From Moniliella sp. 'wahieum' (lineage: Eukaryota), in NCBI GenBank assembly GCA_003971905.1, contig RSEE01000033.1, positions 248,001 to 312,000 of the forward strand: a DNA stretch of 64,000 bases. The letters run 5' to 3'. A program made the translations under genes and the position numbers. Numbering within the stretch: the stretch's first letter is position 1; each line of letters opens with the position of its first letter. The notes under the pieces are model-generated. The model was given only the letters and a program-made list of their open reading frames with translations, was not told the origin of the DNA and searched no databases. Of the stretch, positions 63,165 through 64,000 are shown piece after piece.

Positions 63165-64000
63165 ATGTCTACCAGTGAACTGCAAGGTCGTCTGCTCAAC
63201 ATCCAAAGCCATGTCGTGAGTGGCTATGTCGGTGGACAAGCTGGCGCGCTTCCCCTGGCCATGCTGGGATGGGCAGTCTCCTTTATCCCCACAGTGACAT
63301 TCAGCAACCACCCGGCGTATGGATCATTTAAGGGTGTGCGCACCGATCCAGGCCTGATCGAGTCGTTGCTCGAGGGCCTGGACCAGAACGGACTGGCGCG
63401 GTTCGATCGGCTCCTGACTGGTTACATTCCTTCACCGGAAGCGTGCCACGTTATCGCCCTCTACATCGAAAAGCTGCGGGCTGCCAACCCAGAATTGGTG
63501 TATGTGCTGGATCCCGTACTCGGGGAGTCGGCCAATGGCTTTTACGTCGATAAGAATCTGGCACCCTTGTACCGCCAACTAGCGGGGATCGCGACGATCA
63601 TTACCCCCAATCACTTCGAGGCGGAGGTTTTGTCGGGCATCAAGATCACGGACGCCAGCTCCTTAAGGGAGGCACTCAAGATTATTCATACTGGGCTGGG
63701 GGCCCAGCATGTGCTCATCACCTCAGTCGAGCTTCCGGCCAACGTGATCGCACCAAGCGCACCTGTGTCTGAGCAATCATTTTACACATTGGTGGGGTCA
63801 TCCTACTCCCAAAGCACGTTTAAGCCGTGGGTCCTTCGCACACCGGCTGTGCCTGGCCACTACTCCGGCACAGGTGATCTTCTGGCTGCACTCATTGCCG
63901 GGCGGTTCACTTCAGGGCCCGAAGGAGAAAGACTGTTACAAGAGGCGGTCGAGTACGCTGCCACTGTTCTGCATGGCGTGTTAATGAAGACGTATGAGCA
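63165..64000 (+). CDS. Pyridoxal kinase (PdxY/Bud16-Bud17 family), runs off window end
   Basis: RLLNIQSHVVSGYVG, PTVTFSNH, LLTGYIPS, VLDPVLG, ITPNHFEAE, SGTGDL. Absent from the ORF track because it has no stop within the window. Confidence 0.92.
   Translation, partial: MSTSELQGRLLNIQSHVVSGYVGGQAGALPLAMLGWAVSFIPTVTFSNHPAYGSFKGVRTDPGLIESLLEGLDQNGLARFDRLLTGYIPSPEACHVIALYIEKLRAANPELVYVLDPVLGESANGFYVDKNLAPLYRQLAGIATIITPNHFEAEVLSGIKITDASSLREALKIIHTGLGAQHVLITSVELPANVIAPSAPVSEQSFYTLVGSSYSQSTFKPWVLRTPAVPGHYSGTGDLLAALIAGRFTSGPEGERLLQEAVEYAATVLHGVLMKTYE

Overview
Gene-dense eukaryotic DNA from a fungus. The GT-AG introns with CTAAC/CTGAC branch points, the Zn2Cys6 factor and the protein signatures suggest a basidiomycete, which is my inference. 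I can support 26 protein-coding genes: a GATA factor, Opi1-like repressor, GatA/HER2, glyoxalase I, DUF985 cupin, nucleoside hydrolase, Ady2-type transporter, RING-H2 ligase, OM14-like protein, sphingoid-base phosphatase, two TauD-fold dioxygenases, UNC-93, DAL5 and APC transporters, BAP31/Yet3, Ran, RPL9, IDI1, eIF3k, a Zn2Cys6 factor, a 4E-T-like protein, RPL30, COX8, RPS16 and pyridoxal kinase. There are also two intron-containing tRNAs (Tyr-GTA, Thr-AGT). Most genes carry single-base indels, even RPS16, which points to uncorrected long-read consensus errors, so many CDS ends are approximate. The most notable observations are: (1) an identical 15-bp element shared by the RPL9 and RPS16 promoters, plus a telo-box-like CTAGGGTT at all three ribosomal protein genes; (2) an unannotated-looking proline-rich protein with an eIF4E-binding YxxxxLL motif and 4E-T-like motifs; (3) a backbone-less module of two different 2OG/Fe dioxygenases flanking a UNC-93 transporter; (4) recurrent 7-bp-period, palindrome-cored tandem arrays in intergenic DNA. 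All family assignments are from motif recognition; no searches were run.
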